Below, one piece after another: positions 41,035 through 56,479 of a stretch of 64,000 nt of DNA. Position 1 is the first letter of the stretch, and the number at the start of each line of letters is the position of its first letter. The stretch lies in NCBI RefSeq assembly GCF_009914755.1, contig NC_060940.1, one strand, 5' to 3'. The position numbers and the translations under genes are program-made. Below the pieces are notes generated by a model that did not search any database, was not told the DNA's origin, and saw only the letters and a program-made list of their open reading frames with translations. The stretch comes from the human T2T-CHM13v2.0 reference genome, Homo sapiens.

Positions 41035-42455
41035 TAAAGTGCTGGGATTACAGGTATAAGCCACAGCACCCAGCCAACAATGCTGTTTATTATCAAGGTC
41101 TGGACCTCTGGCAATTAAGGGAAGCAAGGCAGTGCTGCTCATGCTGCCTGGGATTTGACAGAGGTAATAAGAGAAGACCTCATGGAGGAAGGGATACTTG
41201 CATGGAAGCTTGAAGGATCAATAGGAGTTCAAGGAAGGGGAACACTCCAGGTAAACCACACCAAGTGGGTTTCCAAAACTAGAAGCTCATGGAGCTCACA
41301 GCACCATGTGCCCCCCTGGCCGAGAGGCAGCTGCTCCACAATGTTGGCTAAGCCCTGGCAGAGCAATGAATGAGAGGGGGAGGTTGGCAGGGCCTGGGTT
41401 GGGTAGAGCCTTGAATGCCAAGCTCAGGAATTCACACTTTACCCCAAGGGAAGCTGGAACTAGTAGAAGGTTTTGAGCAGGGGAATGACATGCAGTGTCA
41501 TTCATGCTGATAAAGGTCACAGGATGGCTGGGCATGGTGGGTCATGCCTGTAGTCCCAGCACTTTGGGAGGCCGAGGGGGGTGATTGAGGTCAGAAGTTT
41601 GATAGCAGCCTGGCCAACATGGTGAAACCCTGTCTCTACTAAAAATACAAAAATTAGCCGGGTGTGGTGGCAGGTGCCTGTAATCCCAGCTACTCAGGAG
41701 GCTGAGGCAGGAGAATCACTTGAATCTGGGAGGCGGAGGTTGCAGTGATCTAAGGTCACACCACTGCACTCCAGCCTGGGCAACAGAGTGAGACTCTGTC
41801 TCAAAAAAAAAAAAAAAAAAAATCACAGGAGAGCAGATTGGAGCTGGTGAGACAGGATCCACTGCTTTTTAGGGGACAAGGAGAGGACAGGGAGGAAGCC
41901 TCTGTAGGTTCAGAGGGAGGGAGGAAAGGGATTCAGTGAAGGGGCCTGATGAGGCATCTGTAAAATGGGATAGTACTAGCACCTCACTTAGGGGTTGTTG
42001 TGAGAGTGAAAACGCAAATAATAAAAGCATTAGTAAACATTTCTGGAGCACTTTCTATGAGCTAAGCATGTTCTATGTATTAACTCAAACTTCACAACAA
42101 CTCAGAGATCAGTATTACCAGTCCCAATTTACAGATGGGAAAACTGAGACTGAGCTATGAAGTGCTTTTCCCAATGTCTCCCAGCTGAAAGCAAATATCC
42201 CATTTGTGCAAACTGGAAAATGTACCTGGAGCATTTAACACACTGCCCAGCACATATTAGATGCTGGGTTAATGTTAAAGGAAGAAGGAAGTCACGGAGT
42301 TGCTTCCTCATCTGGGGACACCAAGGTGGATGAGGAAGTCACCAGATGGAAGCAGGTTTGGGGAAGGTGAGGAGTTCATTTTAGGGGGTAATGGGTCTGA
42401 AAGCTAGGGGACCTGAGGTGGGGACACTGTGGAGGTAGCTGGTGCCCAGGGTTTA

Positions 42456-42707
<252 letters not shown>

Positions 42708-43164
42708 CTAAGACTTCACACAAGATGGCCCACCTCTATCAGCTTCAGTTTTCTCTTCCGCAAAATGGACGTATTTATTGCTGTTTTACAGGGTTGTTAT
42801 GGGAATTCAACAAGAGAGGGCATGGACTATGTCAATGCTAAAAACAGATGGTGGTGGCTACTTTTAGTCTATTTTATTGTTATTATTAGCCACTGTTTAT
42901 TATAAAATAATCTCTTTTTCTATAGTGGGAGCAGACATTTCTCTTTGTCTTTGTGAAAGGACATGACTGTGCAGTGGGAAGACCAATACTGCCTTTGCTG
43001 TGCCCGTGACCTTGAACAGATCATTCTACCCCCTTGAGTCTTGGTTTTCCAATCTGGGAAATAGGGCTAATAAGAGCAGCAGACATGTATTGAGTGTTTG
43101 CAATGGACCAGGCACTCTATTAAATCATTTCTTTGCAGGATCTCATTTGATCCTCCCAGTAAAC

Positions 43165-44075
43165 TCAACGCTGTTATGTTACTGTTACATTAGTGCTATG
43201 CTGCTGTTCTTATCCTTTCTTCCACCCAATCCCATCCATCCATTCATCCATCCATCTCTTATCCTTTATCCACCCCATCCCACCCATCCATCCATCCATG
43301 CATCCATCCATCCATCTCCAATCCCATCCCTCCATCTCTCATTCTTCCATCCCATTCCATCCATTCATCTGTCCATCTCTCACCATTTCTTCTACCCTAT
43401 TCATCAACTAATTAATTCTTCCTTGTTCTGTTACTGTAATGTTACTGTTATATTGCTAACACATTATATCATGTTGCTGTTTTGTTACCGTTGCGTTGCT
43501 ATGTTGCTGTTCTGTCCTTATAATGCTACTGTTATGTTGCTGGAATTTTGCCATCATGTTACTATAATGTTGCTGTTTTCTTACTGTTACATTGCCATGT
43601 TGCTATTCCGTTACTATAATTTCAGTTATTTTGCTGGAATGTTGCCATCATGTTACTATAATGTTGCTGTTTTGTTACTGTTACATTGTTATGTTGCTAC
43701 TCTGTTACTCTGTTACAGTCGTGTTGCTGGGATGTTGCTGTCATGTTATGATGTTGCTGTTGTGTTACTATTGCATTGCTATGTTGCTGTTTTGTTTCTA
43801 TCATGTTACTAAAATGTTGCTATTACGTTACTATTACATTGCTATGTTGTGGTTGTATTGCTGGAATGTTGCCATCATGTTACTATAATGTCTCTATTAT
43901 GTTACTATTACACTGCTATGTTGCTATTCTGGTACTGCAATATTGTGGTTATGTTGCTGTTACATTACTGTTACATTGCTGTTGCATTACTCTCATGTTC
44001 TGGAATATTGCCATTGTGTTGCTGTTGCCATTATGTTACTATCATGTTGCAGCTATGTTGCTGTTGCAATGCTGT
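43165..44075. repeat. Degenerate TGTTAC/TGTTGC minisatellite with ~90-95-bp higher-order units and an inserted CCAT block (43215-43420)
   Basis: ttgctggaatgttgccatcatgttactataatg-type motif recurs near 43537, 43631, 43724 and 43858. Confidence 0.85.
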
Positions 44076-44339
44076 TCCTTGTGGTTCCCTGCACTCCCAT
44101 GGGTGACCTGCTTTCCTCAAGCTCAGAAGCAAAGGAACCAAGATTTGGCCTGGCTCCAAACCTTATGCTCCTAACCACTGCTGCCACCCTGTCTGTGACT
44201 CTGACCTATAGTGGTGGGGGTTGAGTGAGGGGAGAAGAGGGTATAAACTCCAAAGCCTGTAGCAGATGTCAACAGGGACCCATTGCCCCCCCCACAATAT
44301 GTCCTTGCTGGGACCCCCTCCCCACCTCCCGCCCATCAC

Positions 44340-44441
44340 CTCCTTGGGCGTCCAGGCATAGTCCTGCATCCGCTCCACTGACACGATGCTGTTCTCTAGG
44401 TCTGTCCAGTTGCGAACAACCCACTGCAGTGTCTGGGTCAC
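44340..44441 (-). CDS. ABCC6: ABCC6 exon 26 (102 nt)
   Basis: accag|GTG ACC ... AAG GAG|gtgatg; [34 protein letters not shown]. Confidence 0.97.
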
Positions 44442-45485
44442 CTGGTGCAAGAAAGCCTCTCTGGCTGGGTTTGGCAAGGCCACTTGAGGGCTTGCAACAG
44501 CCCCCCTGGTTTCCCAACCTTTTCTGGGAGGCCAGACCCAGGGGAGTAAAGAGGGGAGGCAGGAATGGGACAGTCTGAGGACCTGGGCCCAGGGGATTGG
44601 GATTTGGATACAACCAACAGGTCCCTCTCTTCCTTCAGTAGAACCAGAGCATGCAGAGCAAAAAGAAGCCCTCAGACATCAGCTTGTACAAACTGGCTTG
44701 ATGCAGGTGAGTAGACAGGATCAGAGAGGGTGTGTGGCCCTCCCAAGGACACACAGCAGGACCCAGGCCCACTGATTCCATTCTGACGGCTTTCTCGCAG
44801 CGACTGGGTGGCCACCAATTTCCCATGACACTTAGAACCACTCCAAGCTCCTCCCTATGAGCCATTAGCAGCTCTAGCCCTGCCATCCCATCCCCAACCT
44901 TGTCTCCCAGCACCCCTGCCTTCACCCACCCTCTCCAGCCACACCCGTCTTCTTGCTGTTCCTCTAACACACCAGGGATGAACCTTCAACTCCCAGGCCT
45001 TTTCTTCCTGCTGTTAACCTCACTTCCTCCTAAGTCACCTCCTCAGAGAGGCCTTTCTGGATGCAGTAGGAAAGTTCCCTCACTGCCACCCAACATGCTC
45101 CAGCCTCTTACTTCATCCTTAAGCTTAGCAGCCTTGACTGTAAAATGAGGATAATAACAGTGCTTCTCTGATGGGGTTGTGGGCAGTATTAAGTGAGTTA
45201 ATATTTATAAAATTCTTGTGCACAGTGGCTCATGCCTATAATCCCAGCTTTTTGGAAGTCTAAGCAGGAAGATTGTTTGAACCCAGGAATTGAAGGCTGC
45301 AGTGAGCTGTGATCACACCACTGCACTCCAGTCTGGGCAAAAGAGTGAGACCTTGTCTCAAAACAAAACAGCTGGGCATGGTGGCTCACACCTATAATCT
45401 CAGCATTTTGGGAGGCTGGGGCAGGCAGACCACTTGAACCTAGAGTTTGAGACCAGGTTGGGCAACATGGTGAAACTGTTTCTAC

Positions 45486-45518
<33 letters not shown>

Positions 45519-46297
45519 AGCCAGGCATGGTGGTGCATGCTTGTAGTCCCAGCTAATTGGGAAAGTGAGGTGGGAGAATCCCTTGAGCCTGGAGATGGAG
45601 GCTGAAGTGAGCCAAGATCATGCCACTGCACTCAAGCCTAGGCAACAAAATGAGATCCTGTCTCAAACAGCAACAACAACAAACCAAAACGAACAAAAAC
45701 ATATAAAGCTCTTAGAATAATGCCTCCTCCATAACAAATGCTTATGAGTGTATATATATATTTTTTTCATAGATGTCATGAACTGACATTACATACTGTT
45801 AATAGTTAACAAAAATTAGCCAGGCATAGTGGCTCACGCCTGTAATTCCAGCAACTTGGGAGGCTGAGGCATAAGAATCGCTTGAACCCAGGAGGCAGAG
45901 TTCTCAGTGAGCCGAGATTGCACCACTGCACTCCAGCCTGAGTAAAAGAGAGAGACTCTGTCTTCAAAACAAAACAAAAGTTAACAATGCACTAGAAATG
46001 TCCTCCACAGGATATGCTTTGTCTCAACTAGTCTTTATAACATCAGAAGTAGTGGGATTTCTGGCCTGTCTTTCCAAGGAGCACACTGACACTCCACAAG
46101 GAAAGACTCTTGCCCAAGGTTGCAAGTTCACCTTAGCTGAGTCTGGCTCTTGTAGAGCTGCGTGTCCCTCCTTGGTGGAGGGACTCCACACACCATGGTG
46201 GTTTGGACACAGGGTCTTCAAAGGTCCCACTAGCAGGGGTCCGACAGTCTCTGCCTCTGTCTGTCCCTCAAGCCCAGTTTGGGGATGTGGGGAGTAC

Positions 46298-46424
46298 CTG
46301 GAGGGCAGCAGAGACAGAGAAGCCCACGAGGCCAGCACTGAGGTGGGCTTTGCTCAGCACAGCACACGTGGCAGCTGCAAACACCAGGCCATTCCCCAGG
46401 AGCTCCACATTGGCCGCAAGCCAC
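46298..46424 (-). CDS. ABCC6: ABCC6 exon 25 (127 nt)
   Basis: tgcag|G TGG CTT ... CTC CAG|gtactc; [42 protein letters not shown]. Confidence 0.96.
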
Positions 46425-46724
46425 CTGCAAAGGGAAGCGACAGCAGGGTGAGTGGTTACTCTCATCTGCAGGGAGATGCTTCTCTGGGCACAAGGACTGG
46501 TCATCACACCAGCTTTGTACACACAGGGGTCCCAGCAATGGCCTCCACATGCAACCCAGGCTCAGGGAGTAGAGGAAGATGACACCGTCCTGTCTCAACT
46601 AAGCCCACTTTAGGGTCTGGGGTACACTCGGTGTTCTGAAGAGCATCCCTGTGTGGCTGCTTTTCTGTCCCTGGAATTTGCCAAGCCATGTCCACCTGCC
46701 ATTCCCCTGGCCTGAACCATGGCC

Positions 46725-47078
46725 TCCATGGTTTGGCTCTGTGTCCCCACCCAAATCTCATCTCAAATTGTAATCCCCACATGTGGAGGGAGGGATCTGG
46801 TGGGAGGTGACTGGATCATGGGGGCAGTTTTCCCCATATTGTTCTCGAGATAGTGAGTTCTCACAAGATCATATGGCGTAAAAGGATGCGGCAGTTCCCA
46901 CCTCATGCTCTCCCTCTCCTGCTGCCATGTAAGACGTGCCTTGCTTCCCTTTCCACCATGATTGTAAGTTTCCTGAGGCCTCCCCAGCCACGTGGAACTG
47001 AGTCAATTAAACCTTCCTTTCTTTATAAATTACTCAGTCTCAGGTAGTTCTTTTTAGCAGTGTGAAGATGGACTAATA
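46725..47078 (+). mobile_element. MST/THE1-type MaLR solo LTR in ABCC6 intron 24
   Basis: atggtttggctctgtgtccccacccaaatctcatc...tttcctgaggcctccccagcca...tttagcagtgtgaagatggactaataca. Confidence 0.8.
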
Positions 47079-47852
47079 CACAGCCCCAGCTGGCTGGGGA
47101 CCTGAGATGAAAGGAAAAAGGACTTCACATGTATTGAGCACCTAGTGTGTACTTGACCCTCTCCACACTCTGGTACCAGACTGCTTGGATTCAAATCCTG
47201 GCTCTGCCAGTATTAGCTGTGAGACCCTGGACAAGTTTCCAAACCTCACTGTGCCTAGGATTTATCATCTATAGAACAGTTTCTTCCTGGTGAAGCTGTT
47301 AGCAGAATTAAATAAATTAATCTACATAGATTGCTCAGAACAGTGCCAGGCATGCAGTAAGCATGTTACAGGTCTTACCTATGAGTGTCTGTATTTAATC
47401 CTCATATCCACTCCATGAGCACGATCCCAGTTTGACAAATGAGGCTCAGAGAGGTTATGTAACTTGCCTGAAATCAACCAGCTGGTAAGTGGCAGAGCTG
47501 GGATTTGAACCTGTGTCTATTTGTGCTTAAAGCTTGTGTTCTTGTTCTTGCTTAGTACCTAAAGATGGCTGAGGATGCTTATATGGCTGCTTTATCACCA
47601 AGGCAAAAGAGGTTGATCCAGTTGCCTGGCAACAGAAGCTTCTTCCTGTACCCCCCGCCCACCTGCTGTTGAGAATCTCTCGGTCATGTTCCATCTGCCC
47701 ACGGTGAGAACTGATAGACTGCCTGTGGGATCTAGCCTCAACTATGTCCCTGACTCTCTGGGTGACCTCGCTACCATACAATATGACCTCAGGTCTCACC
47801 CTCTAAGGATATGGATGAATTGCAAGGTCTTCTCTGCCCTGGCTCTTCCTAC

Positions 47853-48052
47853 CTGTCAGCCACCAGTCGCGGGAAACTGATCCTCTGGCTTTCATCTACG
47901 CGAGCATTGTTCTGAGCCACAAAGGGGGCCTGGGTTCGGAATGCCCGGACCACTGTGCTGCCCTGGAACGTCTCAGCCATGTGGGAGCAGACAGACGAGT
48001 AGCTGGCTGACTCCAAGCGTCTCAGCTGGCATGAGCTAACCACATACAGGCT
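47853..48052 (-). CDS. ABCC6: ABCC6 exon 24 (200 nt)
   Basis: ctcag|AGC CTG TAT ... GAC AG|gtagga; [66 protein letters not shown](R). Confidence 0.97.
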
Positions 48053-48813
48053 CTGAGAAGGATGGATGGGAGAGGGAAGAGGAGAAGCCACAGACATAGA
48101 GAGGTAGTTTCCAGAAGCACAGAGAGCCCCAAGTACAGGATTCCAGACCAGGATCTGTTAACAGCTTACTGTGTGACCTTGGGCTAGTTGCTTGCCCTCT
48201 CTGGGTTCTCATTTCCTTGCAGAATCAGAGTTCTATGGTTTTTTTGAAAATCACCTGGGGAGCTTCAAAAACCTCTAATGCCCCACCCCAGAATGACTGA
48301 ATCGGAATCTCTGGAAATGTCACCTTGACTTTGGTGCTGTTTAAATAGCCTTCCAGATGATTCTAAGGGACAGCCAGGGTTGAGAAACCACCAATTTAGT
48401 TTAAGTGTCTCACTTCCCAGCACTGAGGCCGACTACTTCATTTACGGCTGGTCAGTGGGAGAACAAAACTGTAAGGGGCAATGAAGGCAGTTGGCCAAGT
48501 CAGTTTCACTCATGTAACCCAAGGGTTACATGCCAGGTGATGTGCAGAAAATATTCGTTATTTGGTTTGCAGCTGCAGGTTGGGTGCAGCTGGCAGACAG
48601 GCAGGCAGGGAGGAACTGAATTTGCTGAACACCCAACTGTATGTGCCAGGCTTTTCACACAGTGTCTCATTCATTGCAGAGTGAGCATTCGCGTCATTCA
48701 TCAGTTAGTGGTGAGAACATCCAAGGCTCGGGGGATTCAGCAGCTGTCCTGAGTGCCACAGTAAGTGATAGAGCCTGGATTTAAACCCATCTTTGCTTGA
48801 CTCTAAAGCTTGA

Positions 48814-49056
<243 letters not shown>

Positions 49057-50482
49057 TAAATTTTTGTATTTTTAGTAGACGGAGTTTCACCATGTTGACC
49101 AGGCTGGTCTCGAACTCCTGACCTCAAGTGATCTGCCCACCTCAGCCTCCCAAAGTGCTGTGATTAGATGTGTGAGCCACCATGCCTAGCCCTAGCCATG
49201 GTTTTTATCTGACTACCATGTTTTCTACTTCTGGTTTCCTGTGGGAAAGGGCTGGGTTGGGGTGCTGTCAATCATGGGACCTGATCAGAGAGGTGGTCAC
49301 ATGATGCAGCCTAGTGTATCAGAATCTACTATCCATTCAGTTACTGTGACGAGTTCAGAGATGGACACATGATCCACAAAGGGCCAATCAGAACCTTCCC
49401 TGGGATTAATATATGACTACTGAGCTGAAGAAACGTTTTTTGCATGTTGAGTTGCTAAGGTGAGATGATATGATAGCTAGTGGCCATAAGACCTGCCCTG
49501 GAAAGAGAGCGTGTACAAAATTAGACCAGAGGTAAGCCAGTGGTTCCTAAACATTTGTGTACATCAGAATTACTTGGAGGGTTAATTAAAACCTAGATTC
49601 ATGGGCCGACCCACATAGTATCTGAGGCAGTAGTCCTGGGCTGGGGCCTAAGAATGTACTTTGCTAACTAGTCCCCAGGTGATACTACTGCTGGTCCTGG
49701 GGTCACACTTTGAGAAGCACTGAGTGAAGATATGGAGAGAGTCACTGTGTCCTGATGACAACTGGGCCCATGCCCCCAAGGAAATATAAGCCATTAAATT
49801 CTATTCTTTTGGTTAAGCTAATTTTAGTTGGTCGCTGGTCCCAGCAATTGAAAGAATCTAGCTTCATATAATAGCCTTTGAGACCTTGCAATGCCTTTTT
49901 GGCTTCCAGATAATTGGAGAGGAAGAAATTACGGCAGGATAAAAACATTACGCGTGAAAGGCTCTGGCCCTTAATATTTAACTGTGCCGTGGGGCACAGG
50001 GGCTCATGCCCTGTAATCCCAGAACTTTGGGAGGCCAAGGTGGGAGGATCACTTGGGGCCAGGAATTCGAGACCAGCCTGGGCAACACAGGAAGACACTT
50101 GTCCTACAAAAATAAATTTAAAAATTAGCCAGTCATGGTGGCACGTGCCTGTAGTCCCAGCTACTTGAGAGGCTGAGGTAGGAGGATCACCTGAACCCAG
50201 GAGTTCAAGGCTGCAGGGAGCTATGATCACCTATTGCACTTCAGCCTTGGCAGGAGAGCAAGATTCTGTCTCTCTAAAAAAAAGAACTTTGATGTGAACA
50301 TTTAGAGACAGACACTAGTGGAGATACCAGAAAGACTGTAGTGTCCCTGTCCCTGGGAATTCTAGGAACAGCCCCTAGATGTCCAGCTGGGTGAAACCTC
50401 ATATATGGAGTCTTCCCCAGAGACAGGGGACTGGCTGAGTTGACCTCAGCCGGTCCCGGAAGCCTCCCTGACCTCTCCGTAC

Positions 50483-50793
50483 CTGAAACCCAGCGTAGAG
50501 GAGAAACAGTGGCAGGATGGCCACAGTGGCCAGTGGGGTAGCCACTGCCACCACCAGGCTGACCTCCAGGAGTCCAAAGGCGTACATCAGCAGGGACCGG
50601 AGTTTGTCTGGAATGTCCACGTCAACCGTGTCTGTCTCCTTGGAGAAGCGGTTTAGCAGGTGACCAATGGGTGTCCGCTCAAAGAAGCTGATGGGAGATC
50701 GCACCACATCCCACAGGAGCCTCTGGAAGAGCAACCTGGATGCCCGGGCCCCACCTAGGAGCACCGCAGCCATGGAGGCAAACAGCCCAATGG
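50483..50793 (-). CDS. ABCC6: ABCC6 exon 23 (311 nt)
   Basis: cccag|CC ATT GGG ... TTT CAG|gtacgg; [68 protein letters not shown]...YAGFQ. Confidence 0.97.
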
Positions 50794-51224
50794 CTGGGGA
50801 GGGAGAGGAGGTAAGAGCATGAGGGCTGGAGACCCTCAGGAGCGGCCCACGGGGCCCTGCGCAGGTCTCTCCCGCTACCCCATGGTGGACATCTTATGGC
50901 TTGGCCACCCTGATTATTATATTTTTTTGAGACAGGGTCTCACTCTGTCACCCATGTTGAAGTGCAGTAGCATGATGATGGCTCAGTGCAGCCTTGACCT
51001 CCTGCACTCAAGCGATCCTCCTGCCTCACCCTCCGAGTAGCTGGGACCACAGGTGTACGCCACCATGCCGGCTAATTTGGGGTATTTTTGTAGAGATGGG
51101 ATCTTGCTATGCTGTCCAGGCTGGTCTCGAACTCCTGGGATCAAGTGATCTGCCTGCCTTGGCCTCCCAAAGTGCTGAGATGACAGGCATGAGCCACTGC
51201 GCCTGTACCCTGCTTGTTTCTTGA

Positions 51225-51935
<711 letters not shown>

Positions 51936-52262
51936 ACATCCTTCCTCCCAGTGCTAATCTGTATGCCTGGGGTGGGGCTAACTTCTCCTCTGGGGTGGGG
52001 CAAATTTCATCCATGGCCAATCCAAACCACTGCAGTTGGTTCAGGGATGAACACATAACCCAAGTCAGGCCAATGACAGGGAGACCTGGGACTTCACTAG
52101 AACTTTTGGAAAAGTGGTACTTGGTTGTTGGAGGTAGCCAAGCTGGAGCTGTGGAATATCATCTTACTGCCAGGGGCAGCAGCTAAGCTGGACAGGAAGC
52201 TGTCACAGAGGAGGGAAATAAAGCGATTTCTTGTTTGGACCCCTACATCCAGCCATACCTGA

Positions 52263-52669
<407 letters not shown>

Positions 52670-53012
52670 TAACCAATTTCTCTCTCTCAGCTCCCATCTC
52701 TCCATCTTTAGGGGAGAGTAAGACTTGCCCTTAGCTATCAAATGAGGGATGGAAGTGGAAGGATTTTGAAAGGGCTATTTGCCACCCAAATGAGGATTTG
52801 GGTTAATTCCAGGGCTCGGCTGACTCTGAGAATCCCTAATTTCCTCTTGGTTAAGTAACCATTCGCCTTGAGTATTCCACTGTACATGCAGTTGTGGTGA
52901 GTAGGTGTACAGGTTCTTAGGACTAGAAGAGTCCTCAAGTTCAGGCCTGGCGCCCCCTATTTTACAGGGGAGGTCACAGGCTCACAGCATTTTGGTGATG
53001 TGGCCAATGTCA

Positions 53013-53629
<617 letters not shown>

Positions 53630-54595
53630 TCAACTGTCAACCATCGTGATGGATGCGAGAGACTGAACAGGGGATACGACTGCACAGAGGCAAACATGCG
53701 CACACCCACGTGCAAGCAAAACTGGGGAAATCACAATGAGATCCATAGGGCCGGGTGCGGGGGCTCACACCTGTAATCCCAACACTCTGGGAGGCCGAGG
53801 CGGGCAGATCATTTGAGGTCAGGAGTTCGAGACCAGCTTGGCCAACATGGTGAAACCCCATCTCTACTAAAAATACAAAAATTAACCAGGCTGCACACTT
53901 GTAATCCCAGCTTCCAGCTACTCAGGAAGCTGAGGTAGGAGAACTGCTTGAACCTCGGAGATGGGGGTTGCAGTGAGCCGAGACGGCAGCACTGCCCTCC
54001 AGCCCGGGCAACAGAGCAAGACTCTGTCTCAAAATAAAATAAACAAATAAATAAATAAATAAATAATTGAGATCCATGGATTGATGGGTGTCAGGATCCT
54101 TTGTGTGATACTTTACTATCAGTTTGCAAAATATCACCAATGGGAGAAACTGGGCAGACTGTTCAAGGTAGCTGGCTGCCTTATTTCCTAGAACTGCATG
54201 TGAATCTACAATTATTTCAAGAAGAAGTCTTTCCATTTTTGACGAGGAGAAGAAGGAGTGATAGCGGTGATGCATTTGTTAGGGAGGGTCTGGCTCTGTC
54301 TGGAGGTTTGGGGGCAGGCACTGAAAGCCACCAGCAGGCAGGCCTTGCAGACGCCTTCCGCTAGTGGGGAGGGACTGGGAGAGGTTCTGAAGCTTCCAGA
54401 AAAGGAGGGATGTGCCCTGTCCTTCCCGTTCCCTCCAGCCTCATCTTAAGGACACAGATCTTTGCCTGGACCCCAGACGTTTTGCACACTGTTCCAGGGG
54501 GACAGGGTGACCCAGGGAGGGGTGGGGTAAAGGAGTCCTGAGCACCCCTTGGTGCAGCTGGGAGGAGAGGGATGAGGAGGGCAGGTGAGGCGTAC

Positions 54596-54803
54596 CTTGG
54601 AGACAGCCGAGGAGCCCGAAGATCCCGCCACGCAGGGCTGCCTGCGTCTGCTGCCCACCTACTGCAGGGTCGTCCGCCCACAGGCTTAGCCAGTAGCCCC
54701 GGCAGAAGGAGGCCACTTGCTGGCAGAGGAAGAGGAAGAGTGCGTAGAGGCAGAGGGGGGTGCCCACGGCACGCAGGTAGGCCAGGTGCACTGTGGCCTT
54801 CAC
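54596..54803 (-). CDS. ABCC6: ABCC6 exon 22 (208 nt), start of TMD2
   Basis: tacag|GTG AAG GCC ... CAA G|gtacgc; [69 protein letters not shown]. Confidence 0.96.
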
Positions 54804-55651
54804 CTGTAGCACACATGAGGGAGAGGGAGGCAGAGAGAGCCCCCAGTGGGAGGGGTGGGTTGAGGCAAGGCCAGGCGAGGCTCCCAGAAAACATGCCCAT
54901 GGCAGATGGGACCACCACGCAGACCTCACCGGTTCTCCCGCTGTGCCTCCCACCAGGAGCACCATTTCCCCGACAGGCCCCAGCCAGCCTTAGAACCCCC
55001 ATCTCCTATACAATCCCCAGGGAGCTAGTATTAATATTTTTTCTTTTCTTTTTTTTTTTTTGAGGACAGGGTCTTGCTTTGTCGCCCATGTCACCCAGGC
55101 TGGAGTACACTGGCATGATCATGGCTCACTGCAGCCTTGAACTCCTAGGCTCAAGTAATCCCCCCGCCTCAGCCTCCCGAGTAGTCAGGACTAGAGGTTT
55201 GTACCACCATGTTTTGTTAATTTTCATAGTTTTAAAGAGATGGAGTCTCGCTGTGTTGCCCAGGCTAGTCTCAGACTCCTGGCCTCAAGCGATCCTCCCT
55301 CCTCGGCCTTCCAAAGTGCTTGGATTACAGGTGTGAGCCACCACACCCAGCTAGAAGGGTTTTCTTGAACACCCACCATAGGTCAGGCATGTGTCTCTCC
55401 TTATAACAACCTCCATTTCACAGATAAGGAAACTGAGGCACAGAGAGGTTCAGCCACTGGCTTAAGGTCCTGCTCCTACAAATCTGAAGTTCTCTGCACA
55501 GCTGCAGCCAGGCGGGACTGTTGAAAACATTAATCTAATTATATCTTGTCGTTGGCCTGTCCATGGCTATCTCTTGCTCTTAGAAGAAATCCCAGCCAGG
55601 AGGGGTGGCTCATACCTGTAAGCACTTTGGGAGGCCAAGGCGGGTGTGTCA

Positions 55652-55870
<219 letters not shown>

Positions 55871-56479
55871 TCAAAAAAAAAAAAAAAAAAAAAAAAAAAA
55901 GAAAGAAAGAAAGAAAGAAAGAAATTCCAAGCTTCTTATCTCGCCCCCACTCACTGCCTGCCAGCCTCATGGGACCCCTTTCTCTGGCACCCTAAGCTAC
56001 TTCCCACCTCGGAGCCATTGCACCTGCTGCTCTCTCTGCCTGGAGCGCTCTTTCTCCTGCCCTTTGTATGATTGATTCCTTCACACATTCTTTGGGGAAG
56101 CTCAAATGTCACTTCTCAGAGCATCCTGTCCATACCAACCATGGTATGGTTTCTCAGTGGTCTCTATTTCATCATTCTTTCTTTTAAGAGGCAGGGTCTC
56201 ACTCTGTCACCCAGGCTGGATTGCAGTGACATGATCATAGCTCACTGCAGCCTCGAACTCCTGGCCTCAAGCAATCCTCCTGCCTCAGCCTCTGAAAGTG
56301 TTGGGATTACAGGCATGAGCCACTGCGCCTGATCATTCTTATTTTCTTTATAGCACTTATTGTTATTGGACATAGCTTACTTATTAGCATAATTATTTAC
56401 TCTCCGTCTATCCTCACTAGTGTCTAATCTCTACCAGACTTAGCCTGGCACATAGTGGGTATTGTGTACATGTTTGCTG

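Noticed and set aside
43000-44224. Leu/Cys/Tyr-rich ORFs up to 270 aa
   Set aside because: Translations of the TGTTRC minisatellite
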